A DNA stretch of 61,380 nt, the filler included, from Dirinaria sp. TL-2023a (Eukaryota), in the NCBI GenBank assembly GCA_051941275.1. It is 6 parts of 6 records of this genome, joined end to end, with 100 filler letters (N's around TTAATTAATTAA, not from the genome) between each part and the next. Parts side by side here need not be neighbours in the genome. Positions count along the whole stretch, not along the records: positions 51,280 to 61,380 come from JAVEBF010000975.1; 5 more parts are not named here. One strand, 5' to 3'. Position numbers and translations under genes: made by a program. Positions 58,845 through 61,380 of the stretch are shown here, in pieces. The first letter of the stretch is position 1; each line of letters starts with the position of its first letter. A model generated the notes under the pieces. It worked only from the letters and a program-made list of their open reading frames with translations, did no database searches and was not told the DNA's origin.

Positions 58845-60785
58845 ATGGCAGAACAGATTACTGCAGCCGATGAAGAAATGGCACAGATGCTGAATGCCAA
58901 CGCAATTGGATCTAAGGAAATAGAGCAACGAACCCTGAGATCGAAAGTGTCAAACTCAGAACCTACAGGTTCTGCGAAGAGAAAACAGGAGCAGCCTCAG
59001 GATGTTGAAGCTCCGCTCAAGAAGAGAGGACGCGGACGTCCTCGAAAAAATGGAACTGCTTTCGTGCCCAAGAAACCTGCAGAGAATCCTGACCAACCCC
59101 CGGGAAACCTTAAAAAGCCAACCAGGGCTCGAATACGTAAAGTCAACCCAGCCACGGACAACCTTTTCGACGTTTCCGATGACGATCAAGATGGGAATGC
59201 AAACTCAGCTAAAGCGGTCGGGAAGAAGTCGACACAAACAATTGGCGCCAAGCCCGCCAAGCTTACAGCAAACAAGGTAAGATATTTTATACACTCCCGA
59301 TCAGCAAAAGCTATTGACTGACTTAAATCAGCGAAAGGCCGCTGCTTTCCAAGAGCACGAGTCCTCCGTGACTGAAGCTAAGGAGGCGCCTGATTTGAGT
59401 ACCATAGCTGAGCTCGAAATAGGGGATCCGCTGGATCCGGGGGAGACATCATGCTCAGGGAAACAACGAAAAACCCTCAATCCCCCGATCACAGCAGTAG
59501 ATCCCGCACTTGATGGCAATGATGTCTTGGGGGACGATTCCTTTGTACCTGAAGACGAGGATGGAAATGGATATGGAGGTGAAGAGGAACATGGGCTTAG
59601 CGCAGTCTCTATCTCATCTCCCCCTGCCAACGATAATACTGTAAATGAATTGCAGCTGTTCGGCCAAAAGCGTGGTTGGAACATAATCCTGGAAGGTGCA
59701 CAAAATGTTGGGGTCTCAGTGCAAAAAGGCAAAACCGTGAGGGACAAACCTAGTCTCCAGACTAACACGATCACGGAGTTGCTTCGTAAGATCAAAGAAG
59801 CAAGCACCCTGTACAGCCAGCTGGGATCCTCCGAAGTACTTGAAGCAGAGAATATCAGGGGCGAGGAAGAAGCTCGCTTGATCACCTTGAGCGATGAGAT
59901 TTACGAAACAGTTGACGGGCTTTCCGAGTCGAGCTCAGGCTCCAAGAAGAGCCAAATGATCCAAGACATTTACGCATACGCCATACCAAACATGGTCTTC
60001 TTCCTCAGAGCGGCCTTGAAATGCCGCAATACTCAGTATTCCCAAGGCAGTGATCTTGCTGCTCTTCGAGAGGTGATCAAGATCCAAGACATGATCCTCG
60101 ATCTATGCCAGAAAGCTCGACAGTGGAAAGCCAAACCCCTCACCGACCGGCCCATCACCGGCTCCACGTCCCAGAAGATCGGCCCTTACATGCGAGACTT
60201 GAGAAAAACGTTCGGGGAGGAGCTCGAGCGTCGAGAACGCGCGGTACGCCAGCAATCATACGACGAAGCATTCGCGGAGAGCCACAGACGCCGCGACCAG
60301 TTACGAGAGCGTCAAAAAGCATTGAACGCGCGCAAATCCGCCGAGCAGCGCATCAAGCAGATGGAGGAGCTGAGAAATAGACCGTCACCCTGGCGTTCCC
60401 ACACTCAGCCCATGCAGAACGAAGCACCGATGGCACAGATGATGCCGCCGCCTGCACCTGATAGCCAGGTTCAAGGCTTAGGAAACGAGGCTGCTCAATG
60501 GACCACAGCGGAAAACCTTGAGCTGATTACGCAACTTACGCGAAGGGAGATCCGATATTTACCTGGTAAGCTCCATGAAAAAAGAAAAAAAAAAAAAAAG
60601 TTTGCATTCAGTATGCTTGCCGCTAACCCGGTGCCCGTCTAGCTTACGAACGCTACCTGGCAATGCTCGACTCGCCGCTCCTGCGCGATAAAGACGTCGA
60701 GGATATCCGCGAGCGAGCGCTCTATTACAAGGACATCATGATAGCGCAAGCGGGGCCCGAGGATTACATCCTTAGTATCCAATGA
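58845..60785 (+). CDS. Hypothetical nuclear protein with an AT-hook and a possible C-terminal Myb/SANT-like motif, 3 exons
   Basis: KKRGRGRPRK AT-hook. Introns about 59276-59330 and 60566-60642. C-terminus QWTTAENLELITQL...ERYLAMLDSPLLRDKDVEDIRERALYYK...SIQ*. Confidence 0.7.
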
Positions 60786-61380
60786 TGCCTCTTTTGTCCG
60801 GTGAACGGCTCTTAATGGGTGGAGTGGAACCCGTGATTCGGAGGAATCGGGATATTTTCAAGTTACATTACGCTGCACCTGATTTTCTCCCCTGTGTGTA
60901 CAGTGCAAACCCGGCCTTTGTATCAGCCAACCCCCTCCACCAACCTCCAAGAAAAAAAAAAAGTTCAGTAAGATCTTGCCTTACTTAGGCCCCACAAAGG
61001 AAATGTCCTACCTTACCCCATCATCCGGCTAACCCAAACCTCCTCTACATTACCCAAGGTAATATGTGCATGTATAATAGCATGATATCTATCACCCTCA
61101 AAACTATCACCCTCCTATATCCCCTAGAGCCCCTTAGCCACAACTTTACACACTTCCCATCCCATCCCATCCAACATCCAATTCCCTTTTCCCCTCCCTT
61201 CCTTCCTTCCAATAATCCAAACCTTGCATTAAACCCTTCCCCGCCTTTTCTCCCTTAGATTTTAAACATCCCACTACATACATATAGGATTCCCATTAAG
61301 AAGCTAGATGGTGCATGGTGATTTATAATCTACTTATGAAGCGGATTTTGTGTAGCTTTAATAGTACGTAATGTAAGTGC

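Overview
Intron-containing genomic DNA from a filamentous ascomycete (Pezizomycotina). The orphan secreted proteins hint at a lichen-forming species, which is an inference. The window is not one locus. It is six contigs of about 10.1 kb (10176, 10166, 10164, 10155, 10118 and 10101 bp, strictly decreasing) joined by artificial 100-bp linkers (44N-TTAATTAATTAA-44N), so gene order across linkers has no biological meaning. Most genes are conserved housekeeping genes: B-type cyclin, SF3a2/Prp11, a SUZ-domain protein, Nar1, Utp8, Mhr1/mL67, Vps38/UVRAG, Sam37, mannose-6-phosphate isomerase, a CAP/PRY protein, Cdc1, a PTH11-like membrane protein, an ABM-domain protein, a SNF2 ATPase and PTPA/Rrd1. 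The most interesting signals are: (1) a 32-aa proline-rich micro-ORF below the ORF-track cutoff, with a class-I SH3-ligand motif, a strong start context and an ATG-free leader of about 500 bp, in an otherwise gene-empty 4.6-kb interval; (2) an orphan island holding a possible permuted zinc-deaminase-like ORF and a nested tandem repeat; (3) a multiply disabled WD40 pseudogene; (4) an almost uncharged, Cys-free secreted Pro/Leu/Gly/Val protein; (5) a dense cluster of PacC-type sites; and (6) a recurrent TACCTTA-N-TAAGGTA palindrome. No tRNA, rRNA, CRISPR array or recognisable transposase was seen.
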